Made by a program: the position numbers and the translations under genes
In this document: positions 10,286 through 18,068 of the stretch, one piece after another
Layout: each line of letters starts with the position of its first letter
Position numbering within the stretch: position 1 is the first letter of the stretch
Source of the DNA: Candidatus Shapirobacteria bacterium
GTDB taxonomy: Bacteria; Patescibacteriota; Microgenomatia; UM-FILTER-40-11
Assembly (NCBI GenBank): GCA_020059745.1
Contig: JAGVBK010000002.1
Span: forward strand, 104,301 to 168,300
DNA: 64,000 nt
Direction: 5' to 3'
Notes under the pieces: model-generated
Seen by the model: only the letters and a program-made list of their open reading frames with translations
Databases searched by the model: none
What the model was told of the DNA's origin: nothing

Positions 10286-11068
10286 CTACTCGAACCAAAC
10301 CACTGCGGTCCAGACCTTAACGTGCCCCGGCCCCTTGAATTTGTCTAGGTTTTCCCCAAGAATTGGGTTCCACCCGGTGACCAAGGCATTCTCGGGCACA
10401 GCGAGCATGACAGGGTTTCCACCACTGTTATAGTCAAAGCTGCACCCATCCTTCCGAAGGGCCCAGACACCACCAGTGACAACATTGGCTTGAAGCCAAT
10501 CGATGCTTGGGCAACCCTCGGGTTGGTCCGGAATCGGGAGCCTCGGCAAAGGCGGATTGAACACCACTGGGAGAAACAAAATACTTTCTCCAGGTGTCGG
10601 AACCACCGTTGGCTCGGCGGTTGCCATTGCAGTTGGTTCCGGCGTGGCGGTCGGCGTTGCCGTTACAGTTGGTACTGTAACCGTTGGCTCGGCCGTTGCC
10701 GTGGCGCTCTGTGGCTCAATCCACAGAACCCCGTCCCAAAATTCTCCCGAACCAGGTCCTTCCACCAGAAGGTCTTTTTGGCCCTCCGGCTCCGGCCGCG
10801 GATCCCAACCAGTCATCTTGGATCCACCCGCGGGGACAACGAGCAAGATCGGCTCCTCAAACGGGCCTCTTCCGCTCTCGAAAACAAAATCACAACCTTC
10901 GTCGGGCCCGACTTTCCACATCGAGAGTTCACCCCCGATGTTTTCCGCGACCCACTCGAGATCCGGGCACTCTTGCGGGGGTTCCGGAATGGCAACCTCC
11001 GCTGAGAGCTGGAACGGCAAAACTGCCGCCAGCGCGACCACAACCGCGAGTACAAGACTGCGCTTCAT
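10286..11068 (-). CDS. Secreted protein with internally duplicated 2-Cys domain (GC-rich island)
   Basis: The start is taken at MKRSLVLAVVVALAAV (signal peptide), with an AGGAGGGG SD. Two homologous ~85-aa domains (CPDLEW...GCDF...TGWDP and CPSIDW...GCSF...TGWNP) are joined by a Thr/Pro/Ala linker. Confidence 0.6.
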   Translation of the reverse strand: MKRSLVLAVVVALAAVLPFQLSAEVAIPEPPQECPDLEWVAENIGGELSMWKVGPDEGCDFVFESGRGPFEEPILLVVPAGGSKMTGWDPRPEPEGQKDLLVEGPGSGEFWDGVLWIEPQSATATAEPTVTVPTVTATPTATPEPTAMATAEPTVVPTPGESILFLPVVFNPPLPRLPIPDQPEGCPSIDWLQANVVTGGVWALRKDGCSFDYNSGGNPVMLAVPENALVTGWNPILGENLDKFKGPGHVKVWTAVVWFE

Positions 11069-11216
11069 TTCCCCTCCTGGGATCATAAGGATGGCAAATA
11101 CTCAATGTGCTTCTGGTCTCACCAGCCAGATTGGCGCTTACGCCTTTCTAGTTATTGAAACCAGAAAAGGAAATTGAACTCCTAGTTTCCTTTCCCGGCT
11201 TCAACCGGAAACTTCT

Positions 11217-11849
11217 TTATTTTTTAAGACGAAGCAGCATGTATCCGGCAAGACCGGCAATTGAGGTTAAAGGGGCAACGAAAAGCAAACTAGAACCTGT
11301 GGCAGGAGTTTCACCTAAAACTTTTTTAACTTTGGTAACACAAACTTTAGAAGTGTCTTCTCTTTCTTCACCGCCGAATTTAGCCCTGACAGTGTTTTTG
11401 ACATCACAGTCAAAATCTTTATCACTCGGAGTGGAAACAACAACTGTTTCAATCTGTTTCTCTTCTGATTCGCCAGGTCCTAAATCTAAAATATCAAAAG
11501 TAAGGCTTCCTGACTCAAGCTTTAACTCAGCCGGAAGAAAGTCTGTAACAGTCACTTTTTCAAAAGTGCTGTTGCTGTTGTTAATGATTTTTATTCTGAA
11601 AATAACTTTTTCGCCAATGCTGAATTTATAGCCTTCAGGAGTAATGTCGGCTAAATTGTCTTCGAACCTTTTGTCAATCGGGCTCCAAACCTTTTTATCT
11701 AAAACAAGCTCTTCAACTTCGGTACAGACTTCGCCGCCGCCGTATAAAGATTCGCAACGGATTGCTCCAAAAGCATTTTTAGGAGAAATAATAAAAGCCG
11801 CAATAAATAAAATTGCGGTTAACAAAGCATGTTTCCTGTCCATTTTCAT
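11217..11849 (-). CDS. Surface protein with DUF11-like repeat domain and C-terminal sorting signal
   Basis: It has a signal peptide and a V.F.I...N.....F..V.V.D.LP..L core shared with the 12846-13490 protein. The C-terminus reads GETPATG, then a hydrophobic helix and an RLKK tail, a variant of LPXTG. Confidence 0.65.
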   Translation of the reverse strand: MKMDRKHALLTAILFIAAFIISPKNAFGAIRCESLYGGGEVCTEVEELVLDKKVWSPIDKRFEDNLADITPEGYKFSIGEKVIFRIKIINNSNSTFEKVTVTDFLPAELKLESGSLTFDILDLGPGESEEKQIETVVVSTPSDKDFDCDVKNTVRAKFGGEEREDTSKVCVTKVKKVLGETPATGSSLLFVAPLTSIAGLAGYMLLRLKK

Positions 11850-11974
11850 TTTTATTAAGGCTAAATAATAAAGACATGGCGTATTATAGGGCATGTTTAT
11901 TGCTTTGTCAACTGCCGATTTCTTGATTTTAGTAAACTTTTAAGAGATAATATCGCCGTTTACTAGAGGATATT

Positions 11975-12730
11975 ATGGAAATAATTCTTTTTGATTCATC
12001 CTGGGAAAAGGAAAAAATAATACCGGTTGATATTCCGGTTCCTAAACCTGTGGAACCAAAAATTTCTTCTTCTTTCCCTTTCGCAAAATTTGCCAGAGGC
12101 CTTGCTTTGGGCTTAATCGGCATTTCTCTTTTTGTTTTTGGCGCAGCAGTTTTGCCAATAATCAAGCTGGAATTAAGCTACCGCCTTAATCCTAAAAATG
12201 AAGCTGAAGCAAGAGAATACTTTCCCAAAACTCCAAGTTATGAGGTTGCCTTAGAAAACAAAAAGCAGCTTGCCTCACAAGAAGCAGCCAAATACGGGGT
12301 TGATACAGATTTTTCTCTGGTCATCCCTAAAATTTCTGCTACCTCAAAAATCATTGCCAATGTGGACCCGGCAGACGAAAATAAATACAAAGCTGCTCTT
12401 AAAAATGGAGTTGCCCACGCCAGCGGCACCAAATTCCCTGGCAGCAAAGGCACTATTTATCTTTTTGCCCATTCCACCAACACTTTAGTTAATGTTTCCC
12501 GCTACAATGCTGTCTTTTATCTAGTTAAAGAGCTGGAACCCGGAGACCAGGTTATCATCTTTTTTGCCGGTCTAAAATATTCGTACCGGGTAACCGAAAA
12601 GGTCATCACTACTCCAGAAGATTTATCTTTGATAAAAGACAACCAATCAACTGAAAAGCTAATTCTTCAAACCTGTTGGCCGCCGGGAACAACCTTAAAA
12701 CGGCTCATGGTTGTAGCAGAAAGAATTTAA
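11975..12730 (+). CDS. Sortase-family transpeptidase (copy 1)
   Basis: 251 aa with an N-terminal TM helix. Contains IYLFAHST (catalytic His region) and LILQTCWPPGT (TLxTC-like Cys motif). Confidence 0.8.
   Translation: MEIILFDSSWEKEKIIPVDIPVPKPVEPKISSSFPFAKFARGLALGLIGISLFVFGAAVLPIIKLELSYRLNPKNEAEAREYFPKTPSYEVALENKKQLASQEAAKYGVDTDFSLVIPKISATSKIIANVDPADENKYKAALKNGVAHASGTKFPGSKGTIYLFAHSTNTLVNVSRYNAVFYLVKELEPGDQVIIFFAGLKYSYRVTEKVITTPEDLSLIKDNQSTEKLILQTCWPPGTTLKRLMVVAERI
12281..12392 (+). repeat. Near-identical 112-nt tract shared by the two sortase paralogs (copy 1)
   Basis: Differs at only 2 positions from 13871-13982, while the flanking coding sequence is clearly diverged. Shorter identical blocks lie at 12449-12482 = 14039-14072 and 12653-12687 = 14243-14277. 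Confidence 0.9.
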
Positions 12731-12845
12731 CTTTCCATTTAAAAGTTCCCGAAATTAGTTTTCAAAGAGCTTAAATTGAAAATAATGGTTGGGGTTTAGA
12801 GCAGTTTTAGAAGCATGTAACAACATGGTAATAACTTTGTTAAAG

Positions 12846-13490
12846 CTATCTTCTTTTACCAAAGAAGACCAAGGCCAGACCCAAGAGTCCGTTTACTAAA
12901 GAAAGACCCAAAGTTGCTGGCATGGCACCGCTTCCGGTTTTCGGTAAAACCGTTGGTTTCCTCTCAACAACTTCTCGTCTGCTTACGCAAATTCTTGAGG
13001 TATCTTTATCCTCAATTCCGTCAGCTTTAACCGCTACTTCGTTAAAATCACAGATAACATCCTTATCTTTTGGAAATCTGCCTTCACTTACTACCCTTAC
13101 CCTGATATCCCTTTCCTCCACTTCATTGCGGTCAAAATCTGTAATATCAAAATCCAAATCTCCAGAAACAAACTCTAAAAATGAAGGAAGAGTATCTCTT
13201 ACCTCAACCCTGTCAAAGTCTCTTTCTCCTGTATTTTCCACCCTAATCCTGAAAACAACTTCATCCCCGGAAAAAAACTCATGGTCAGTAAAATCAAGGT
13301 TGTCAACAAAACGGCCGTCTCTTGGGTCCTGCACTTTTTTGTCAACATCAATTTCAATCGGCGGGCAAACATCATACTGAGGCTCACAAATATCAGAAGC
13401 AGCCGCATCTTTCCTCAAAACAAAAAAAAATGAAGCGGATAAAAAGATTAAGCCAAGTTTTCTTAATGTCATTTTGCTTACAATTTCCAT
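12846..13490 (-). CDS. LPXTG-anchored surface protein with DUF11-like repeat domain
   Basis: 214 aa with a signal peptide. The canonical LPKTG is followed by a hydrophobic segment and a GKRR tail. It is a paralog of the 11217-11849 product. Confidence 0.75.
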   Translation of the reverse strand: MEIVSKMTLRKLGLIFLSASFFFVLRKDAAASDICEPQYDVCPPIEIDVDKKVQDPRDGRFVDNLDFTDHEFFSGDEVVFRIRVENTGERDFDRVEVRDTLPSFLEFVSGDLDFDITDFDRNEVEERDIRVRVVSEGRFPKDKDVICDFNEVAVKADGIEDKDTSRICVSRREVVERKPTVLPKTGSGAMPATLGLSLVNGLLGLALVFFGKRR

Positions 13491-13603
13491 TTCTATTTAT
13501 TATTCACAGGGTGCCAAATCGTGTCAAGCAGAAAGAAACATTTTTAGTTCAAATTTATTTTTTTAGCTTGAATTTCCTAGCTTTTTTTTAATATAAACAG
13601 AGT

Positions 13604-14320
13604 ATGGAAATAATTCTTTATGAGGCTAAAGATAAAAAAAGCCTTGTTTTAAAAGAGTTTACAAAACTTTCTTTCATAAACTCCAAAGCCGCAGCCGAAT
13701 ACCTGGGCTACAGCTTTCTTGCCGCCTCCTTAATGTTTCTATTGGTCGGCTTTGCCCCGATTATTAAAGAAGAAGCAAAATATCAACTAAAAAGACTTTT
13801 TACTTTCTCTGCTCCGGAGGCAAGCGTTGAAAGTGTTTTTTTTGAAAACTCAAAAAAAATTGTTGAAGAGGAAGCAGCCAAATACGGGGTTGATACAGAT
13901 TTTTCTCTGGTCATCCCCAAAATTTCTGCAACCTCAAAAATCATTGCCAATGTGGACCCGGCAGACGAAAATAAATACAAAGAACTTCTAAAAACCGGAG
14001 TGGCACACGCGACAGGCACAAAGTTTCCCGGAAACAATGGCACTATTTATCTTTTTGCCCATTCCACCAACAACCCGGAAAACATTGTCCGCTACAATGC
14101 GGTTTTTTACCTTTTAAAAGAACTTGAGCCTGAAGATGAAGTCATTGTTTTTTTTGCCGGCCAAAAATTTGTCTATAAAGTTACCAAAAACTTTATTGCC
14201 GAAGCCGGTGACCTAAAATGGCTCTCGGGAGATGAGAATGAAGAAAAGCTAATTCTTCAAACCTGTTGGCCGCCGGGGACAACTTTCAAACGGCTCATTG
14301 TTGAAGCTAAACCTTTATAA
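13604..14320 (+). CDS. Sortase-family transpeptidase (copy 2)
   Basis: 238 aa with the same IYLFAHST and LILQTCWPPGT motifs as copy 1. Confidence 0.8.
   Translation: MEIILYEAKDKKSLVLKEFTKLSFINSKAAAEYLGYSFLAASLMFLLVGFAPIIKEEAKYQLKRLFTFSAPEASVESVFFENSKKIVEEEAAKYGVDTDFSLVIPKISATSKIIANVDPADENKYKELLKTGVAHATGTKFPGNNGTIYLFAHSTNNPENIVRYNAVFYLLKELEPEDEVIVFFAGQKFVYKVTKNFIAEAGDLKWLSGDENEEKLILQTCWPPGTTFKRLIVEAKPL
13871..13982 (+). repeat. Near-identical 112-nt tract shared by the two sortase paralogs (copy 2)
   Basis: Partner of 12281-12392, with 2 mismatches by direct comparison. Confidence 0.9.
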
Positions 14321-14359
14321 AGGTCTTTCTTAAAGAAAGCTTCATTTTATGTTAAAATA

Positions 14360-16528
14360 TTGATGGACAGAAACCAAATGACTGGAGAAGAATTACCTTT
14401 CTCATTGATTGAGATCCGTTTACCTAAATCAAGCGAAAAAACCCCGGAAGCGGCGGCTCAGCTTTTTGCGGCCTTTTCCTCCCTTCCTAAAAAGTCTTTT
14501 TTGTCTTTTAAACCTCCAGTAAGCATTTGTTTTGAAATTGTTTGTGTTGACCAGGTCGTCCATTTTCTCATTTCCTGCCCTAAGGAAATGAAAGGTTATG
14601 TTGAAAGCCAGCTTTCTGCCCAATATCCGGAAAGCATCCTTCTGGAAATTCCCAAAGATTATCTTGCCGGCTACACCCAAAACTCAAACCCAAACCTGGG
14701 CCAGCTTACTTTATCAAACAGCTTTTATCTGCCTTTGCGAACCTATAAGGAAGTTAAAGACTCTGATCTTATTTCTTCTGTTTTGGGCGCTATGTCCAAA
14801 GCCGGGCCGGAAGATTTTATGGCTATCCAATTTATTATCGCCCAAGCCGGTAACTGGCAAGGCTATGCCCAGGGAATCATTGACAGAGGAATCCCCTCAG
14901 GAGAGGAAGGAAAAACTCTTCCCCACCCCCAGGCAAAACACATTGCTGAAAAAATAAGCAGCGGTGGCTTTTGGACCGCCATAAGAATCATTGCCAGTTC
15001 AGAAGAACTTCTAAGAAATATTTCCAATTCCTTTTCTTCCTACCAAAGCGATGTCAATGGCTTAAAACTTAAAAAAATAAGCCCGAGAAACAAAAAAAAG
15101 CTGCTTGAATCTTGTCTCAAAAGGTCTTTCGAAATGGCTCCTGCTAACCAGGTTCTTAACCTTGACGAGCTCGCTTCTCTTTGGCACCCTCCATCAAAGC
15201 ATTTGTCGGGCATTAAAAACATCATGTGGACACAAACCATTATGAGTGAGCCTCCCCTAAACCTGCCTACAGCAATCGACCTTAATGAAGCTGACAAAAA
15301 AGAAATCAATTTCATAGCCCGGACTGAGCATAAAAACAAGGTGGCAACCTTTGGCATTAAGAAAAAAGACCGTAGAAGGCATGTTTACATTATCGGGAAA
15401 AGCGGTACCGGAAAATCAACTTTAATTGCCAATATGGCCATAAACGACTTAAGGAACCGGGAAGGTCTGGCAGTTATTGATCCTCACGGCGATTTAACTG
15501 AAATTCTTTTGGATTATATTCCCTCTTTTAGGATAAACGAAACTTGCTATCTTGACCCGAGCGACACCGCCAACCCTTTTCATCTTAATCCCCTTGAGGT
15601 TAAAAACCCGGCCCATAGAGAACTTGTGGCCTCGAATATTGTCGCCATTTTTTATAAGCTCTACCACTATTCCTGGGGGCCAAGGCTTGAATACATTTTA
15701 AGAAATACAATCCTGACTTTACTGCAAACCCCGCAGCCAACACTTCTTCAGATTACGGAAATGCTTTCCAATAAAAACTTCAGGAAAAGAGTGGTTGATA
15801 ACCTCAATGACCCGGTCTTAAAAAGCTTCTGGGTTAATGAGTTTGAAAAAATGTCTGAAAAAATGATGAATGAAGCGGTTTCTCCGATTTTAAATAAAGT
15901 CGGCCAGTTTACTTCCTCTCCCACCATCAGACAAATTGTCGGCTCTTATCACTCAACAGTTGACCTTGAGGGTATCATGAATTCCGGCAAAGTTTTGCTT
16001 GTTAACCTTTCCCAAGGAAAAATTGGAGAAGACAATGCTGCGCTTTTAGGTGCCATGATTATTACCCAGCTTCAACTGGCGGCCATGAACAGGATTAATG
16101 TTGCTGAAGAACAAAGGAGAGATTTTTATCTTTATGTTGACGAGTTTCAAAACTTTGCCACCAGTGCCTTTGTTAAAATACTTTCTGAGGCAAGAAAATA
16201 CCGCTTAGACCTTTGTCTGGCAAATCAGTATGTCGGCCAGCTTGAAGAAGACCTGCAAAAAGCAATTTTCGGGAATGCGGGAACTTTAATTTCTTTTGTT
16301 GTCGGTGCCGGAGATGCAGGCTACATGGCCCAGGAATTCGGCCAGATTTATAAAGAAGAAGATTTAGTTAATCTGGGCATGTATCAGGTGGCAATGAAGC
16401 TTTGCATCGACAACTTAACATCTTCTCCGTTTTTGGCTACCACCATGCCTCTTCCAAGATGCAAAAACCAAAACAGGTCAAAAGTGCTTAAGGTCTCCAA
16501 GGAAAGACACACGGTCAAGCAAAAATAA
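14360..16528 (+). CDS. VirD4/TraD/TraG-like P-loop NTPase (type IV secretion coupling-protein family) with orphan N-terminal domain
   Basis: 722 aa. Walker A is IIGKSGTGKST, followed by VIDPHGD. Walker B-like is FYLYVDEFQNF, with a KYRLDLCLANQY region. The N-terminal ~330 aa have no obvious TM helices and no motif I recognise. Confidence 0.65.
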   Translation: MMDRNQMTGEELPFSLIEIRLPKSSEKTPEAAAQLFAAFSSLPKKSFLSFKPPVSICFEIVCVDQVVHFLISCPKEMKGYVESQLSAQYPESILLEIPKDYLAGYTQNSNPNLGQLTLSNSFYLPLRTYKEVKDSDLISSVLGAMSKAGPEDFMAIQFIIAQAGNWQGYAQGIIDRGIPSGEEGKTLPHPQAKHIAEKISSGGFWTAIRIIASSEELLRNISNSFSSYQSDVNGLKLKKISPRNKKKLLESCLKRSFEMAPANQVLNLDELASLWHPPSKHLSGIKNIMWTQTIMSEPPLNLPTAIDLNEADKKEINFIARTEHKNKVATFGIKKKDRRRHVYIIGKSGTGKSTLIANMAINDLRNREGLAVIDPHGDLTEILLDYIPSFRINETCYLDPSDTANPFHLNPLEVKNPAHRELVASNIVAIFYKLYHYSWGPRLEYILRNTILTLLQTPQPTLLQITEMLSNKNFRKRVVDNLNDPVLKSFWVNEFEKMSEKMMNEAVSPILNKVGQFTSSPTIRQIVGSYHSTVDLEGIMNSGKVLLVNLSQGKIGEDNAALLGAMIITQLQLAAMNRINVAEEQRRDFYLYVDEFQNFATSAFVKILSEARKYRLDLCLANQYVGQLEEDLQKAIFGNAGTLISFVVGAGDAGYMAQEFGQIYKEEDLVNLGMYQVAMKLCIDNLTSSPFLATTMPLPRCKNQNRSKVLKVSKERHTVKQK

Positions 16529-16531
16529 AAA

Positions 16532-16888
16532 CTAGGTTCTTCTTCTGGAAAAATTCAGAAACCGGCAACCATATCTTTTCCTGTGTTCCAAACCCTCCTT
16601 AACCTTACCGCTCATATGGGTGCAGGGCGCGCCCTTACCGGAAGTAATTACTTCAAACAACCTAGCTTTATCTTCTCCTGACAAAAACTCACTTTGCCTT
16701 AGCCTTTCAATTTCCGAAAGCGCTTCAGAAGATAAAGATATGTGGCTGCCAAATTGCTTTTCAATCCTTAAAAGTATTCCACCAAGCATGCCATTACCTC
16801 CCTCCTCAAAATAGCTTTTAACAAATTTTCCAAGCGGTCTAGCGGCAAGATCGCCAGATATTCTCTCAGGTCTCATAGTAATTTTCAT
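16532..16888 (-). CDS. Hypothetical protein
   Basis: 118-aa ORF with no recognised motif and no SD. A TATAAT overlaps the first ATG, so the true start may be Met5 (16876) on a short-leader mRNA. Confidence 0.4.
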   Translation of the reverse strand: MKITMRPERISGDLAARPLGKFVKSYFEEGGNGMLGGILLRIEKQFGSHISLSSEALSEIERLRQSEFLSGEDKARLFEVITSGKGAPCTHMSGKVKEGLEHRKRYGCRFLNFSRRRT

Positions 16889-16926
16889 TATAGCAGTTTA
16901 GCTGAGATTTTTTCCAACAAAAAATC

Positions 16927-16952
16927 CGCCTATTCGGCGGACTTCTTGAAAA
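16927..16952 (-). terminator. Intrinsic terminator of ncRNA candidate 2
   Basis: The minus strand reads UCCGCC-GAAUA-GGCGGA followed by UUUUUGUU. Confidence 0.7.
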
Positions 16953-17232
16953 CAATCGAGAGCCAGAGAGAGAATTTGGATTTGCGGGAAACGCTGGCTT
17001 AGCCAACGAATCTCATCCTCTTTCCTCTCTGGCTCTCACCTCCCCAAAGGGAGAAGATAAAGACATCGGACAAAACCTTCTTCTCATTCTCTCCTCTCCA
17101 GCAGCCATTGATGGAAAAGAAAGGTTTCCTGTGCCCCAGCTCACAGTTAGAGATTGGGTTTCTCCTAGTCTTTTTTTTAAAGGACTCCGCACAAAAAAAC
17201 ACTTTCTGCTTTCTTAGGAAGTGTTTGTGAGG
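16927..17232 (-). ncRNA. Structured ncRNA candidate 2 (unclassified)
   Basis: It is bracketed by a TTGACA-17-TATTAT promoter and an intrinsic terminator. It contains a 13-bp perfect helix (16968-16980 with 17025-17037) and further hairpins. There is no ORF with an SD. Confidence 0.5.
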
Positions 17233-17238
17233 AAGATA

Positions 17239-17267
17239 ATAATAACAAATGCTATTTTTCTTGTCAA
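17239..17267 (-). promoter_or_regulatory. Sigma-70-type promoter for ncRNA candidate 2
   Basis: The minus strand has TTGACA (17267-17262), a 17-nt spacer and TATTAT (17244-17239). Confidence 0.6.
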
Positions 17268-17272
17268 GCCCA

Positions 17273-17300
17273 ACAAAAAACCCGCCTATTCGGCGAGTTC
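17273..17300 (-). terminator. Intrinsic terminator of ncRNA candidate 1
   Basis: The minus strand reads CUCGCC-GAAUA-GGCGGG followed by UUUUUUGUU. The loop and 3' arm are almost identical to the terminator at 16927-16952. Confidence 0.7.
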
Positions 17301-17645
17301 TTTGAGAAAACAAGGGAAAACGGATGGGGTCGGGGGAAGGCAACAATACATCAAGTGGTTTTAAAAACCCACAAAATGTATCTTTACCTTCCCGGGTTCC
17401 CCTTACCCTCCCGTTTGACGGGACCGACAGTTGCTTCTCTTTGGTTTGGTAAAAATACACCTTGCCTGGAGAAGCTGGCCCGCTTTAAGCGGAGCCAAAG
17501 GAAGTAGTCCGAGGATATCTGCGAATAAAAGGCAAAATCCCTCCTTTCCTTCAATCACTGCAGTGGCGGATACAACGCCGGGTCGGGGTAACCAAGCTTT
17601 TGTCTTTTGGGTCAGCTTGGTTTTTTAATCCGTTTTCCCTTTTAA
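17273..17645 (-). ncRNA. Structured ncRNA candidate 1 (unclassified)
   Basis: A 14-bp perfect closing helix (17312-17325 AAGGGAAAACGGAT with 17628-17641 ATCCGTTTTCCCTT) encloses about 300 nt that is visibly GC-richer and has several internal hairpins. A terminator follows immediately on the minus strand. The 5' end and promoter are uncertain. Confidence 0.5.
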
Positions 17646-17744
17646 AAGAACAAAACATTCTTACCTTTGCTTATAAAGATAAGAAAAATGACACTAAATA
17701 AATGCTATATAATTTTTTATTTTCTGTCAATATACACCTTGTGC

Positions 17745-18068
17745 CTAAACCTTTGTCCAGCCGGTTTTTTCAAGCTGGCTTATAAGCTGGGGACAATCGC
17801 CTTCTGTAGTAAGCTGCATCACGAAAGCTCCGGTGTCGGTAACCACCTCGCAGATTTCACCTACTTTTCTGCCCTCTTTATAAAGACAAAGACCGCCTTT
17901 TCTTTCCGTAATCTGCTCAGTGCCATGCCCATTTTGCCGAGAAAATCTGACTTCATGATACTCGTTTCCCTTATCGTTCCAAAAGTTTCCATTGCAGTTT
18001 TCGCTAAAGATACAGTGGTTTATAATCCAAACTGAAGGTTGAAAGTGTCCATTTTCAGGACTTAGCAT
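17745..18068 (-). CDS. Hypothetical small Cys-containing protein
   Basis: 107-aa ORF with no recognised motif and no clear SD. Confidence 0.35.
   Translation of the reverse strand: MLSPENGHFQPSVWIINHCIFSENCNGNFWNDKGNEYHEVRFSRQNGHGTEQITERKGGLCLYKEGRKVGEICEVVTDTGAFVMQLTTEGDCPQLISQLEKTGWTKV

Noticed and set aside
8354-11177. Multiple long + strand ORFs (for example 10503-11177 at 224 aa, 10490-11005, 9310-9669) inside the GC-rich island
   Set aside because: They are antisense to the signal-peptide, lipoprotein and coiled-coil genes. Their products are Arg/Pro/Gly/Ser-rich and low-complexity, and they lack SDs. These are typical shadow ORFs of high-GC DNA.
16999-17460. 153-aa minus-strand ORF spanning the two ncRNA candidates
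   Set aside because: It runs straight through an intrinsic terminator and the TTGACA-17-TATTAT promoter of the second unit. It has no SD and an odd composition. It is most likely an artefact of the GC-richer sequence.
16927-17645. Assignment of the tandem RNAs to RNase P RNA, tmRNA or SRP RNA
   Set aside because: I looked for three signatures: GAGGAAAGUCC upstream of ACAGAA..GGCUUA (RNase P), a GGGG 5' end plus a T-arm/ACCA 3' end (tmRNA), and GGAA-tetraloop/GGAAGCAGC (SRP). Only loose fragments are present (GAGGAAAG, GAGAAACCCAAU, GGUAAGGGGAACC), and they are in the wrong order. I cannot support any of these calls without a covariance-model search.
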